Assembly: GCA_964532005.1 (NCBI GenBank) | Contig: CAZHER010000003.1 | Coordinates: 21,399 to 85,398 of the forward strand | DNA length: 64,000 nt | DNA from: an uncultured Candidatus Saccharibacteria bacterium | GTDB taxonomy: Bacteria > Patescibacteriota > Doudnabacteria > UBA920 | Direction: 5' to 3' | Part shown: piece after piece, positions 26,313-37,027 of the stretch | Numbering within the stretch: position 1 is the stretch's first letter | How the letters are laid out: every line of letters starts with the position of its first letter | The notes under the pieces: generated by a model | What the model was told of the DNA's origin: nothing | Databases searched by the model: none | Seen by the model: the letters and a program-made list of their open reading frames with translations, nothing else | Translations under genes and position numbers: made by a program

Positions 26313-27005
26313 TTATGCAGGAAAGTCTTTTAATGCAATTCGTCTGACGTATTCCCAAATTTGGTTATGGACTTCTTTCGGAGTTAACATCTCCCCTCCA
26401 TTAGCGCATTCTACCAAGCGCGTGTTTGGAAATAAAGAAGCTATTTCTAGATATACTTTTTCTGCATTACGAAGATGTTTAATATCTGTTTCATGAATGT
26501 CGGTTTTCTTACCTCTATTTTTTACCCTGGACTGCCCTACTTTAGCTGGTACATGAAGAATAATATTAAGATCAGGCTTCGGAATCCCGAATATGTTGTA
26601 CTCTAAGTTATTAAGCCACTTAAAAAATTTTAGCCTCTCTGTTCTATCAGCAATTTTACCTCCCTGATGTCCGGCGTTGGCAGTGACGTATCTGTTGGAA
26701 ATTACAACTTTTCCCTCAGCCAGCCAGTCGTGTAGTTGTTTGCTTGCGTCTAAGCGGTCAACTGCATAAAAAATTGAAGACGCGCTCGGATTCAACTGTC
26801 CGTATTTACCAGAAAGATACTCTTCTAAAGGACCAGCGGACTTTGAGCCGTATTTAGGAAAATCAGCAACCTCAACATTATAGCCCTGTTCCCTTAAGGT
26901 CTCCGTTAAGAGTTGGGTTTGGGTAGTTTTGCCAGCACCATCAGTTCCGTCTAAAACGATAAGTTTGCCCCGCTGTTTAGTTCTTTTTTTTACTGCTTTA
27001 GCCAT
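26313..27005 (-). CDS. tmk: thymidylate kinase
   Basis: P-loop [15 protein letters not shown] and the DRY-like region. Confidence 0.85.
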   Translation of the reverse strand: MAKAVKKRTKQRGKLIVLDGTDGAGKTTQTQLLTETLREQGYNVEVADFPKYGSKSAGPLEEYLSGKYGQLNPSASSIFYAVDRLDASKQLHDWLAEGKVVISNRYVTANAGHQGGKIADRTERLKFFKWLNNLEYNIFGIPKPDLNIILHVPAKVGQSRVKNRGKKTDIHETDIKHLRNAEKVYLEIASLFPNTRLVECANGGEMLTPKEVHNQIWEYVRRIALKDFPA

Positions 27006-27552
27006 AATTTTCTGCTGTTAATATATCTTCAACCTTTTGGTATAAATTCTCTAGGTCACCAATGTTGTTTATTTTATAATTGGCTTGCTGGCCAAGTCCG
27101 GCTATGCCTGTTTCGGTTGGTTCTGCTTGTTCTATTTTCAAGAAATCTTCGAAACTATTTTCCTGGTCATCAACTTTTTCTTTGCGCTGCTTAGATCGTT
27201 CATAACGGATTTCGGGCGTAGCAGTAATATAAATAATTTTGCCGCCGAAGCGTTTTACTATGTCTAGCTCTTCCTGGAATCTTATTCCTTGTACAACCTG
27301 CAGGGGCTCTGTAGCTTGCGCAAGCCTTTTCGCTACGGCGTTTCCTACAGTGTGGGTTCCAAAAACTTTTCTTAGCGCCATTCCTAGGTCTATTTCATTA
27401 CGGCGCGAAATTTCTAAACCCAAAACATTCAGTATTTCATCTAGTATATGGCTTTGTCGAATATGAAATGCGCCGTGCTTGGCTTGAAGATAATCTGCTA
27501 TTGTATCCTTTCCGGAAAATTGTTCCCCGACAATACCAAGTAAGAGTTTCAT
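26998..27552 (-). CDS. phage-T4-like deoxynucleoside monophosphate (dNMP) kinase family protein
   Basis: The N-terminus MKLLLGIVGEQFSGKDTIADYL closely parallels T4 gp1 (MKLIFLSGVKRSGKDTTADFI, recalled from memory); 184 aa. Confidence 0.55.
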   Translation of the reverse strand: MKLLLGIVGEQFSGKDTIADYLQAKHGAFHIRQSHILDEILNVLGLEISRRNEIDLGMALRKVFGTHTVGNAVAKRLAQATEPLQVVQGIRFQEELDIVKRFGGKIIYITATPEIRYERSKQRKEKVDDQENSFEDFLKIEQAEPTETGIAGLGQQANYKINNIGDLENLYQKVEDILTAENYG

Positions 27553-27557
27553 AAATC

Positions 27558-28148
27558 TTATTCAAAGTTAATCCACTCGTTGTTGTTCAGAAAGTTTTTG
27601 TAGTATTGGCTGGGTTGAGGTTTGTCCGCTCCATAGTATTTGCTGTTTAATCCATCTTTTCCGTAAGGCTTGTCTACCTCACTTGAAAGTTTTACAAAAG
27701 CAACTTGAGCAATCGGCATTTTGTAATAAAGTTTAAGAGGAAGATTTGCCAGGTTGTGAAACTCCAAAGTGATTTTTAAAGTATTTCCTGGGTCTATATA
27801 TCCTGCTGTTGCATGGACTACCAAGCCCATACGGGCTAAAGACGACTTTCCGTTTAATTGAGCCACCATGTTATGAGGTACAGAAACAGTTTCATACGTT
27901 ATGCCCAATGCAAATTCTCCCGGGTGCAGAACGAACTGTCTATCTTTGTTGATGGTAACTTTTTCCATCATTTCATCTATGTTTTCTTTTGGATCAATAC
28001 AGACATTTTGAGTAGATTTGAAGATCAAAAAGTCAGCCCCTAAATGCAAATCTATGCTGGCGGGCTGGATTGAATTTGGAAACAATGGCTCTACTTTTAT
28101 CTCCCCTGTTTCTAGGGATTTTTTCATGTCTCGGTCGGAAAGGATCAT
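27558..28148 (-). CDS. dcd: dCTP deaminase/dUTPase-family protein
   Basis: 196 aa; conserved core SIDLHLG and an NGKSSLARMG-like segment. Confidence 0.8.
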   Translation of the reverse strand: MILSDRDMKKSLETGEIKVEPLFPNSIQPASIDLHLGADFLIFKSTQNVCIDPKENIDEMMEKVTINKDRQFVLHPGEFALGITYETVSVPHNMVAQLNGKSSLARMGLVVHATAGYIDPGNTLKITLEFHNLANLPLKLYYKMPIAQVAFVKLSSEVDKPYGKDGLNSKYYGADKPQPSQYYKNFLNNNEWINFE

Positions 28149-28282
28149 GCTTGATTTTTGTATATTATTTATTAAGATTTTACATTTCTGCTAGATTTAA
28201 TTCTACTATCATTTTGCTGCTTTTACAAAATCGTCATAGTTTAGGCCGTATTGACTATTATTATTAAATATTGCGTAATATA

Positions 28283-28348
28283 TTTTTAAAAAAACAGCTC
28301 GACGTGGTCTTTCTTGGCATTGTGGTGCCGCAAAATTTTACGTCGAGC
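28283..28348 (-). terminator. terminator: 9-bp stem gctcgacgt / acgtcgagc enclosing a nested hairpin, then TGTTTTTTT on the minus strand
   Basis: Downstream (minus sense) of the stop of 28377-28967. Confidence 0.45.
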
Positions 28349-28376
28349 GTCAGAGTGTTTAGGAGGGATTGAATTT

Positions 28377-28967
28377 TCATTTCACATCCCCCCTTTTTCG
28401 AAGTTGTTTGGAAATTTGGTGATCGAAGTCCTGTATGTACTTCTTCCGAAGTTCATATACGCGGCGGACTTCAGCTTTTTTGTGAAGCTGCTGAAGCCTT
28501 CTGCGAAGCTGTTCGGCTTCTTGTACATCGGGGTCAAGGCATAGCCTGAACATCTCCTGAATTTCACGCTGTTCCTGAGTGTAGCTTTGCAACGCATCCG
28601 ATATAGCCAGGCTCGTAGCGCTTGTTTCTGCTTGCATCCCAGACTCACCTCTTTTAGTGAGCGCTGACTTGCCTTCTGATGCATAAGCCAGAATCAGGAT
28701 CAGCGTATTTTCATCCGGCTCAATACCTTCCTCTTTGGAAACACGGAAGTGCTCCATCAGGTCAGTGCGAGCAATTTCCGTACCACGGGCATCGAGTGAG
28801 TCAAATCTCCGCCGCAATTCTGTTCCAGTCTCCTCATTGCCAACTCTTTCGAGTCGACGAGAGATGTTGTTATCCAGCTGGACTAGGTCCAGCTCTTTTA
28901 AATTGTTTCCTAGATTTTCCAAAACCTTTTTAGTCCCCCTACCTATTTGTTCCTGCCAAAGCCCCAT
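28377..28967 (-). CDS. hypothetical protein (GC-richer ORF) in the position usually held by rplJ/rplL
   Basis: 196 aa, charged, no motifs. Confidence 0.4.
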   Translation of the reverse strand: MGLWQEQIGRGTKKVLENLGNNLKELDLVQLDNNISRRLERVGNEETGTELRRRFDSLDARGTEIARTDLMEHFRVSKEEGIEPDENTLILILAYASEGKSALTKRGESGMQAETSATSLAISDALQSYTQEQREIQEMFRLCLDPDVQEAEQLRRRLQQLHKKAEVRRVYELRKKYIQDFDHQISKQLRKRGDVK

Positions 28968-29108
28968 GCTTTTAGCTAAGTATTATGCCTTATTAAAAAG
29001 AAAAATTCAATAGCGCGACTTGTATGCTGCTAATAATGCGTTAAAATAAAACCCCCTCTTGGTGAGGGGGCGAGAAACTTTGACAGTTTTAATAGAATTT
29101 ATTGCGGT

Positions 29109-29792
29109 TTACATTTTAACTTTTATGCCAGGTCCCATCGTAGCATTGATAGTAATACCAGCAATAAACTGCTTCTTTACAGCAGCAGGCTTGTTTTGCA
29201 TAAGGGCATCGTAAAAAGCTTTTAAATTTTCAACGAGTTTTGCTGAATCAAAATCGGTTTTTCCTATGGTTAGATGAACATTTCCAGAATCATCATTTTT
29301 AAAGTTAACTTTACCACCAGCTATTTCCTTAATTGCCACTGCAATATTGTCGGATACAGTACCGGTTTTAGGATTAGGCATCAGACCTCTGGTTCCTAAG
29401 ACTTTTGCAATTTGAGCAAGTTTGGCCATCATTGCAGGTTCGGCTACAGCAACATCAAAATCGGTTTTTCCAGTCTCTTTAATTTCTTTAATCAGCTCTT
29501 CCCCGCCAACAATGCTGGCACCAGCAGATTTTGCATCGGCTTCTTTGCCTTCGGTAACGAAAGCCGCAATTTTTTTAGTTTTTCCAGTACCGTGGGGCAA
29601 GGTTACTGTACCCCGAATGGCTTGGTCAGTTTTCTTAGCTTCAATGTTAGTGCGAACATGTACCTCAACCGAGCCAGTGAATTTGGTTGTGGCAGTTTTT
29701 TTTGCCAGCTCTACAGCTTCGGTTATGGGGTAAATAGTTTCCTTATTTACCAACTCAAGGCCGGCTTTCAGGCGTTTAGATTGTTTTGACAT
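29109..29792 (-). CDS. rplA: 50S ribosomal protein L1
   Basis: L1 fold motifs; start set at MSKQSKRL with AAGGA 8 nt upstream. The ORF track begins 18 codons earlier, at 29846. Confidence 0.85.
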   Translation of the reverse strand: MSKQSKRLKAGLELVNKETIYPITEAVELAKKTATTKFTGSVEVHVRTNIEAKKTDQAIRGTVTLPHGTGKTKKIAAFVTEGKEADAKSAGASIVGGEELIKEIKETGKTDFDVAVAEPAMMAKLAQIAKVLGTRGLMPNPKTGTVSDNIAVAIKEIAGGKVNFKNDDSGNVHLTIGKTDFDSAKLVENLKAFYDALMQNKPAAVKKQFIAGITINATMGPGIKVKM

Positions 29793-29854
29793 AGTTGTCC
29801 TTTCGTGGTGCAAACCGTGCGGGTTAATTGGCCCGGCGCGTCCCACAAATTAAT

Positions 29855-30619
29855 TTACTTTTTCAAACCTTCGCTTTCAACGAAGTTCTTGATATCTTTA
29901 ATTGTGCTCATGAATTGAGCTGGGAAAATAATGGTAGAGTTTTTTTCTATGCTGATTTCGGCCATGGTCTGTAAATTACGAAGCTGTAATGCAATGGGGT
30001 GTGCCGCCATAACATCCGCAGTCTCGGCCAATTTTTGAGAAGATAAAAACTCTCCTTCAGCAGCAATAATTTTGGCTCGCTTCTCGCGTTCTGCCTCGGC
30101 TTGTTTTGCCATAGCGCGTTGCATGCCTTCTGGTAGCTCAATATCTTTAATTTCAACTACTGGAACAATGATTCCCCATTCTTCTGTATGCATATCTAGC
30201 ACTTTGGTAATTTCCCCGTTGATTTTTTCACGTTCGGACAGAATTTCATCCAGCTGGAATTTGCCAACAATGTTGCGAACAGAAGTTTGAGCAATCTGGT
30301 TAATAGCGCTAATTACACTTTCAATTGCTACAATGCTTTTAACTGGGTCGACGATTTTAAAGTATGCGACAGCAGATACATCCACAGAAACATTGTCTTT
30401 AGTAATGATTTTTTGAGGAGGAACAGGTAATGTCACTGTGCGTAGATCCACTTTTTTAACCCATTCGATGTAAGGAATGACCCAGTTAAGACCTGGTTTT
30501 TGCAAGCGCACAATTCGTCCAAGGCGGAATACAACACCTTGTTGATATTGCTGTACAATTCTTAGCCCAGGAAGTACCACAAACAGGCCTAGTATGATGA
30601 GAAACAGTACAAATCCCAT
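29855..30619 (-). CDS. SPFH/band-7 (stomatin/prohibitin-like) membrane protein
   Basis: N-terminal TM, then SPFH core (VDLRTVTLPVPPQKIITKDNVSVDVSAVAYFKIVDP) and a C-terminal coiled coil (AEAEREKRAKIIAAEGE). Confidence 0.8.
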   Translation of the reverse strand: MGFVLFLIILGLFVVLPGLRIVQQYQQGVVFRLGRIVRLQKPGLNWVIPYIEWVKKVDLRTVTLPVPPQKIITKDNVSVDVSAVAYFKIVDPVKSIVAIESVISAINQIAQTSVRNIVGKFQLDEILSEREKINGEITKVLDMHTEEWGIIVPVVEIKDIELPEGMQRAMAKQAEAEREKRAKIIAAEGEFLSSQKLAETADVMAAHPIALQLRNLQTMAEISIEKNSTIIFPAQFMSTIKDIKNFVESEGLKK

Positions 30620-30636
30620 AGTTGTTATATTAAGTA

Positions 30637-31062
30637 TTAGTCAACCACCTCGACACCCATAGATCGGGCGGTGCCTCGAATGATTTTTTCAGCACCTTCC
30701 AATGAGGTAGCATTAAGATCGGGCATTTTTTGTTCCGCAATCTTACGGATTTCTTCTGCAGAAATTTTACCGACTTTGGTGGTTAAAGGGTTTGCAGAGC
30801 CTTTTGCTAAATTGATTGCTTTCATAATCAAGTTAGCAGCGGGAGGGGTCTTGAGCACAAAGGTAAAAGTACGATCTTCAAAAATCGTCATTTCTACCGG
30901 TATGATCATGTCGCCCATCTGGGCAGTTTGGCTGTTAAATGCAGTTGTAAATTCTGCAATGTTTAAGCCGTGGGGTCCAAGTGCGGTCCCAACTGGAGGC
31001 GCCGGGGTTGCTTTTCCAGCAGGGAGCTGGAGTTTTACGATTGCTTTGACTTTTTTAGCCAT
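30637..31062 (-). CDS. rplK: 50S ribosomal protein L11
   Basis: [32 protein letters not shown] is canonical L11. Confidence 0.9.
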   Translation of the reverse strand: MAKKVKAIVKLQLPAGKATPAPPVGTALGPHGLNIAEFTTAFNSQTAQMGDMIIPVEMTIFEDRTFTFVLKTPPAANLIMKAINLAKGSANPLTTKVGKISAEEIRKIAEQKMPDLNATSLEGAEKIIRGTARSMGVEVVD

Positions 31063-31137
31063 AGTTTTGTGTGGTAGGCCTTATTAGGGCCGGGGGCAGG
31101 AGTTACCTGTCAACCACTTCCTTTCTTAATTATTTAA

Positions 31138-31683
31138 TTAAACCTTTTTTACTTGTAAAAAATCCAATTCTACAGGTGTCTCGCGGCCAAAGATGGTAAC
31201 CATAACTTTAACCTTGCCTTTTGCTTCGTCTATTTCCCCTACCTTACCTTCATAATCTTTAAATGGACCATCGGTAATTCGCACTAGGTCGTTGATAAGG
31301 AAGTCAACTTTGAATTTTGGTTCTTCAACACCCATTCGCTTCTGCAAATACTTAATTTCCTCATCAGAAATTGGTGTTGGTATTGTTCCGGACCCTACGA
31401 AACCTGTGACATTGGGGGTGTTACGCACCACATACCAAGAATCATCGGTCACTATCATTTCTACCAGCACATAACCGGGGAAGATTTTTTCTTCAACAGT
31501 AGTGCGTTTGCCATTATGAATTTTGATTTTCTTTTCTTTGGGTACAATGGCATCAAAAATTTTATCTTGCATGCCCATATTTTCAATACGTTGTTTTAGG
31601 TTCCAGGCCACACTGTCTTCATATCCGCTGTAGGTGTGCAGTACGTACCAATTTCGTTCACCAGTTACTTGTTGTTTGCTCAT
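31138..31683 (-). CDS. nusG: transcription termination/antitermination factor NusG
   Basis: NGN domain (WYVLHTYSGYE) and C-terminal KOW (GEIDEAKGKVKVMVTIFGRETPVEL). Confidence 0.9.
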   Translation of the reverse strand: MSKQQVTGERNWYVLHTYSGYEDSVAWNLKQRIENMGMQDKIFDAIVPKEKKIKIHNGKRTTVEEKIFPGYVLVEMIVTDDSWYVVRNTPNVTGFVGSGTIPTPISDEEIKYLQKRMGVEEPKFKVDFLINDLVRITDGPFKDYEGKVGEIDEAKGKVKVMVTIFGRETPVELDFLQVKKV

Positions 31684-31704
31684 AGTATTCGAAAAGAAAT
31701 TAAA

Positions 31705-31890
31705 TTATTTGTTCAAAATCGCTTCAAATCCCCGAAGAAGCCCGAAGTCAGCAGCGCCCAGTATTAAAGATACAACAAGGCTAAAAATTACCACACTTAC
31801 TGTATATCTAATAGTATCTTTACGGCTAGGCCATACTACTTTGAACATTTCTGCTTTAACTTCGCGGAAGAAATTAAATATTTTAGACAT
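31705..31890 (-). CDS. secE: preprotein translocase subunit SecE
   Basis: 61 aa with a single TM and FFREVKAEMFKVVWP; conserved position before nusG. Confidence 0.8.
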   Translation of the reverse strand: MSKIFNFFREVKAEMFKVVWPSRKDTIRYTVSVVIFSLVVSLILGAADFGLLRGFEAILNK

Positions 31891-32021
31891 GATTTTCCTT
31901 TTAAATAAGCCAATTTTATTATATTTTTAAGGCTTTTTTAAAAAGCCTTTCCGGGCTTTTGTCATATTATATCACAATATAATTCAAAATGGCAAATATG
32001 CTAATCGGGGCTGTTTTGAAA

Positions 32022-32050
32022 TTGACTTTTGTTTTATTTGGGAGAATAAT
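32022..32050 (+). promoter_or_regulatory. sigma70-like promoter TTGACT-17 nt-AATAAT
   Basis: Hexamers at 32022-32027 and 32045-32050, upstream of the lipoprotein gene. Confidence 0.4.
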
Positions 32051-32127
32051 AAGTGCAAATCATTTCCGCCAATAAAAGCATGGGGCTTTTTGGTAAGGCA
32101 ATGAAGTCGAATCAAAACGAGGAAAAT

Positions 32128-33057
32128 ATGAAAAGAAAAATTTTTGCGATTTTTGTCGTGTTTGTGATTGCCATTTTGACTTCATGCAGTAAAACTGAAG
32201 AAGTGGCGAAAGCAAACACAAATACCAACGACTCGCCGGCAGTAAGGAAAAGCGAAGTTTCTGCCGAAGTCAATACCAATTCATCGCCAACAAACGAAAT
32301 GGTTCCGATTGCTCCGAACAACAACGCCGATACTCAGCAGCAGACGAACCAGCAGGGTCGTCCACCAAAGACCAGCGTTCCTAAGCAACCTAAGACAATT
32401 TTTGAAATTATCCCTGTTCCTGAGCAACCCGCAATGAGGAAGATGGATATTGCAAGAATGTCGGATGTTGACGGACATAACGTAATTGTAGCCTTCGTTG
32501 TCAACGAAAGATACGACCGGCTCGGAGAAGTTGTGGAGTTTCACGACTACAACAATGATTCCATACCGGACGGCGTATTCTACACCAATGTCATTGATAT
32601 TCAGAGCAACAAAATCTGGATCGCTGGTTGGTGGAAAGGAACCGAAGCTCTAAATTGGTTTAAGACCAAGGGCGTAGGGATTAAGCCGCCGGAAAATCTC
32701 AACGAAACCCAGGTCGGTTATTACGACGTTGACACTTTTTTCAACTCAACTTCCGATTTGGAAATGGTTCGCTCCGATTTGGGAGATATGTTCCTATTTG
32801 GTTTATTCAATGCCGGATCGGACATAGTCGGTGGCGTATTGGCTATGGAGAAGGGTAAGCCTGAAGCTGACGCCGAGCAGCGAATTCAGAAAGGAGTGGA
32901 TGCCTTAATGCGTTTTTTGGGCAAACGTGGCAAGTTCGCCGGTTATGGGGCAAAGGTGAAAACAGAACAAGAGCTTAGTTTGCCTAACAAAAAGTTGTTT
33001 CCTCGGGTTAATCCCAAAAACCCCAAAGACACAACAGCAAACAGACTCGAGAGCTAG
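32128..33057 (+). CDS. hypothetical lipoprotein
   Basis: GAGGA SD; lipobox AILTSC; low-complexity N-region then a C-terminal globular part with no motifs. The ORF track starts it at an upstream GTG (32053). Confidence 0.5.
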   Translation: MKRKIFAIFVVFVIAILTSCSKTEEVAKANTNTNDSPAVRKSEVSAEVNTNSSPTNEMVPIAPNNNADTQQQTNQQGRPPKTSVPKQPKTIFEIIPVPEQPAMRKMDIARMSDVDGHNVIVAFVVNERYDRLGEVVEFHDYNNDSIPDGVFYTNVIDIQSNKIWIAGWWKGTEALNWFKTKGVGIKPPENLNETQVGYYDVDTFFNSTSDLEMVRSDLGDMFLFGLFNAGSDIVGGVLAMEKGKPEADAEQRIQKGVDALMRFLGKRGKFAGYGAKVKTEQELSLPNKKLFPRVNPKNPKDTTANRLES

Positions 33058-33079
33058 TCCGAGAATTTTTCAAGACCAA

Positions 33080-33120
33080 AAACGCACCCCTAGAAGCTTT
33101 ACCAAGGGCGCGTTTTTGTT
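33080..33120. terminator. bidirectional terminator (aaacgcaccc / gggcgcgttt, one mismatch) plus T-run
   Basis: Between the convergent lipoprotein gene and gyrB. Confidence 0.5.
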
Positions 33121-33138
33121 TATCAAAAATTATAATTA

Positions 33139-35244
<2,106 letters not shown>

Positions 35245-35321
35245 TTATTATTGAATTTAGGAGTTTAATATACTTTAATTTTAGCAAATTTTACTTAATT
35301 TTTCCACTGTTGATAACAAGA

Positions 35322-35347
35322 AAATCCCTCTTAAATAAAAGGGATTT
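35322..35347 (-). terminator. possible pheS terminator hairpin (aaatccc / gggattt)
   Basis: 7-bp stem and 12-nt loop; weak T-tail on the minus strand. Confidence 0.35.
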
Positions 35348-35444
35348 CAGAACTAATAATTGTTCAATTCAGTTATTTTTTCTACCAGATTATTCATGGT
35401 GTTTATATAACCGTCAGCTTCGGTAAATTCGTGTCCAGCGAATA

Positions 35445-36581
35445 TTACCTCAATTCAGCATTAAATTGTTCTGCGGTTTGTTTGTAGACTTCGTCCTGAA
35501 GCGGGTCAATTTCCTCTGCTTGAAGAGTTCTATGATTACTGCGGTAGAATATTCGGTAAGTGTAACTCATCTTATCTGAGCCAAATTTTTCATCGTTTTC
35601 ATATTTATCTAAAAGCTGTACTTCTTCAACTAAATCACCACCAATATGACGAATAAGATCAAAGTAATTATTAGGTATAAAGCTTTTGCTTACGATGAAA
35701 GATATGTCGCGAATTATTGGTGGATATTTGCTCACTTCGGTAAATTTGTGTCCCAGGACCAACTGTTTTTTTACCCGCTCATCTTCTGACCACAAAAGTC
35801 TAATATCTGGTAATTCCATGCTGACAATAGCAAGTCTTTCCAAACCAAATCCAAATGCCCAGCCATTATAGCTTCCCTGCTCAACCCCAAGCGTATTCAA
35901 TACGACCTGTCTCACCATTCCTCCACCTAGAACTTCAATCCATTGACCATCTTTTTCTATTTCCATTTCCAATGATGGGTCCGTGTATGGGAACGTGTCA
36001 TGATTGAATCGGAATTTGGTTTCTGGTCCAAATACTGCCTTTGCAATATCGCCTAAAACTTTTTTTAGGTCTTCTTCTGTTAGCACTCTTTCTTTTGTAG
36101 GAGCCAATAACCAACCATCTACTTGATGGAATATGTTCATGTGGTGACGGTCTATTTCATCTTTGCGATATACTTTTCCATAGCATAGCGATCCTATAGG
36201 TTCTCCGGCGGCCAACTTTTTCCTAATTTCGGGGTGATTTAGGTAGTAATACCACATAATTGTGGTATGGGTCCGCAAGATATTTTCATCATCGACATAA
36301 TATGTGTCAGATTTGCTTCGGGCAGGATGGTCTGGCGGAAAATTGAACAAATCAAAGCTTGGGCCGACTGGAACTATTTCAGGTACTTTGATTATGTCAA
36401 AATTAGCAAACTCTGGAAGCGAAGCCAGTCTGGAAATTAACTCTTTTAAGGGACTACCGTCTTTGCGCGACAGATCGTCCATTTCAAGATAGCGCTTGAT
36501 TCGCAAGCTTTCAAAATCCGTTCTTGTTTCAAGTTGTTTTTTAAGTTCACGCTCTTTCTCAGAGTCAATATTGATTTCCAT
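35445..36581 (-). CDS. pheS: phenylalanine--tRNA ligase alpha subunit
   Basis: Class II motifs FPPDHPAR, LRTHTT and GFGLERLAIV. Confidence 0.85.
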   Translation of the reverse strand: MEINIDSEKERELKKQLETRTDFESLRIKRYLEMDDLSRKDGSPLKELISRLASLPEFANFDIIKVPEIVPVGPSFDLFNFPPDHPARSKSDTYYVDDENILRTHTTIMWYYYLNHPEIRKKLAAGEPIGSLCYGKVYRKDEIDRHHMNIFHQVDGWLLAPTKERVLTEEDLKKVLGDIAKAVFGPETKFRFNHDTFPYTDPSLEMEIEKDGQWIEVLGGGMVRQVVLNTLGVEQGSYNGWAFGFGLERLAIVSMELPDIRLLWSEDERVKKQLVLGHKFTEVSKYPPIIRDISFIVSKSFIPNNYFDLIRHIGGDLVEEVQLLDKYENDEKFGSDKMSYTYRIFYRSNHRTLQAEEIDPLQDEVYKQTAEQFNAELR

Positions 36582-36595
36582 GATTCCATCAATCT

Positions 36596-37024
36596 TTAAT
36601 AATTCAGAATTGTACCAGGCACCGTCTCAGCTGGCAATACCATAATTTCCGGTTTATTCCCTATTTCATTACTTGCTCCAATCTCAAATTCCGCACAAAT
36701 CATTCCTTGGCTTACGATTCCTCTGATTTTTGCTGTTTCTAAAACAAAAGACTCGTGCTGCTCGGAATGAATATTTTTTGCTATTTTCGCTCCGGGGAGA
36801 GCTAAAACCACCATGTCCCCCGTTTCAAAGTTAAAAGCCCCGCACACCACAGGTTCTACGGGATCCTCACTACCGATGTCTAATGATATTATTCTTAGCC
36901 TGTCTGCGTTTGGGTGTTTTTCGATTTTAATTACCTTGGCTGCAACAATTTTTCCTTTAGGTTTGGTAGGTGTTTTTTTTTCAGTGTTACTTTTGCCAAA
37001 TATTGATTTTAAAAAATTTAACAT
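36596..37024 (-). CDS. standalone tRNA-binding domain protein (EMAP/Myf fold, CsaA/Trbp111-like, equivalent to the PheT N-domain)
   Basis: KHPNADRLRIISLDIGSEDPVEPVVCGAFNF..GDMVVLALPGA; 142 aa. Confidence 0.7.
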   Translation of the reverse strand: MLNFLKSIFGKSNTEKKTPTKPKGKIVAAKVIKIEKHPNADRLRIISLDIGSEDPVEPVVCGAFNFETGDMVVLALPGAKIAKNIHSEQHESFVLETAKIRGIVSQGMICAEFEIGASNEIGNKPEIMVLPAETVPGTILNY

Positions 37025-37027
37025 AAC

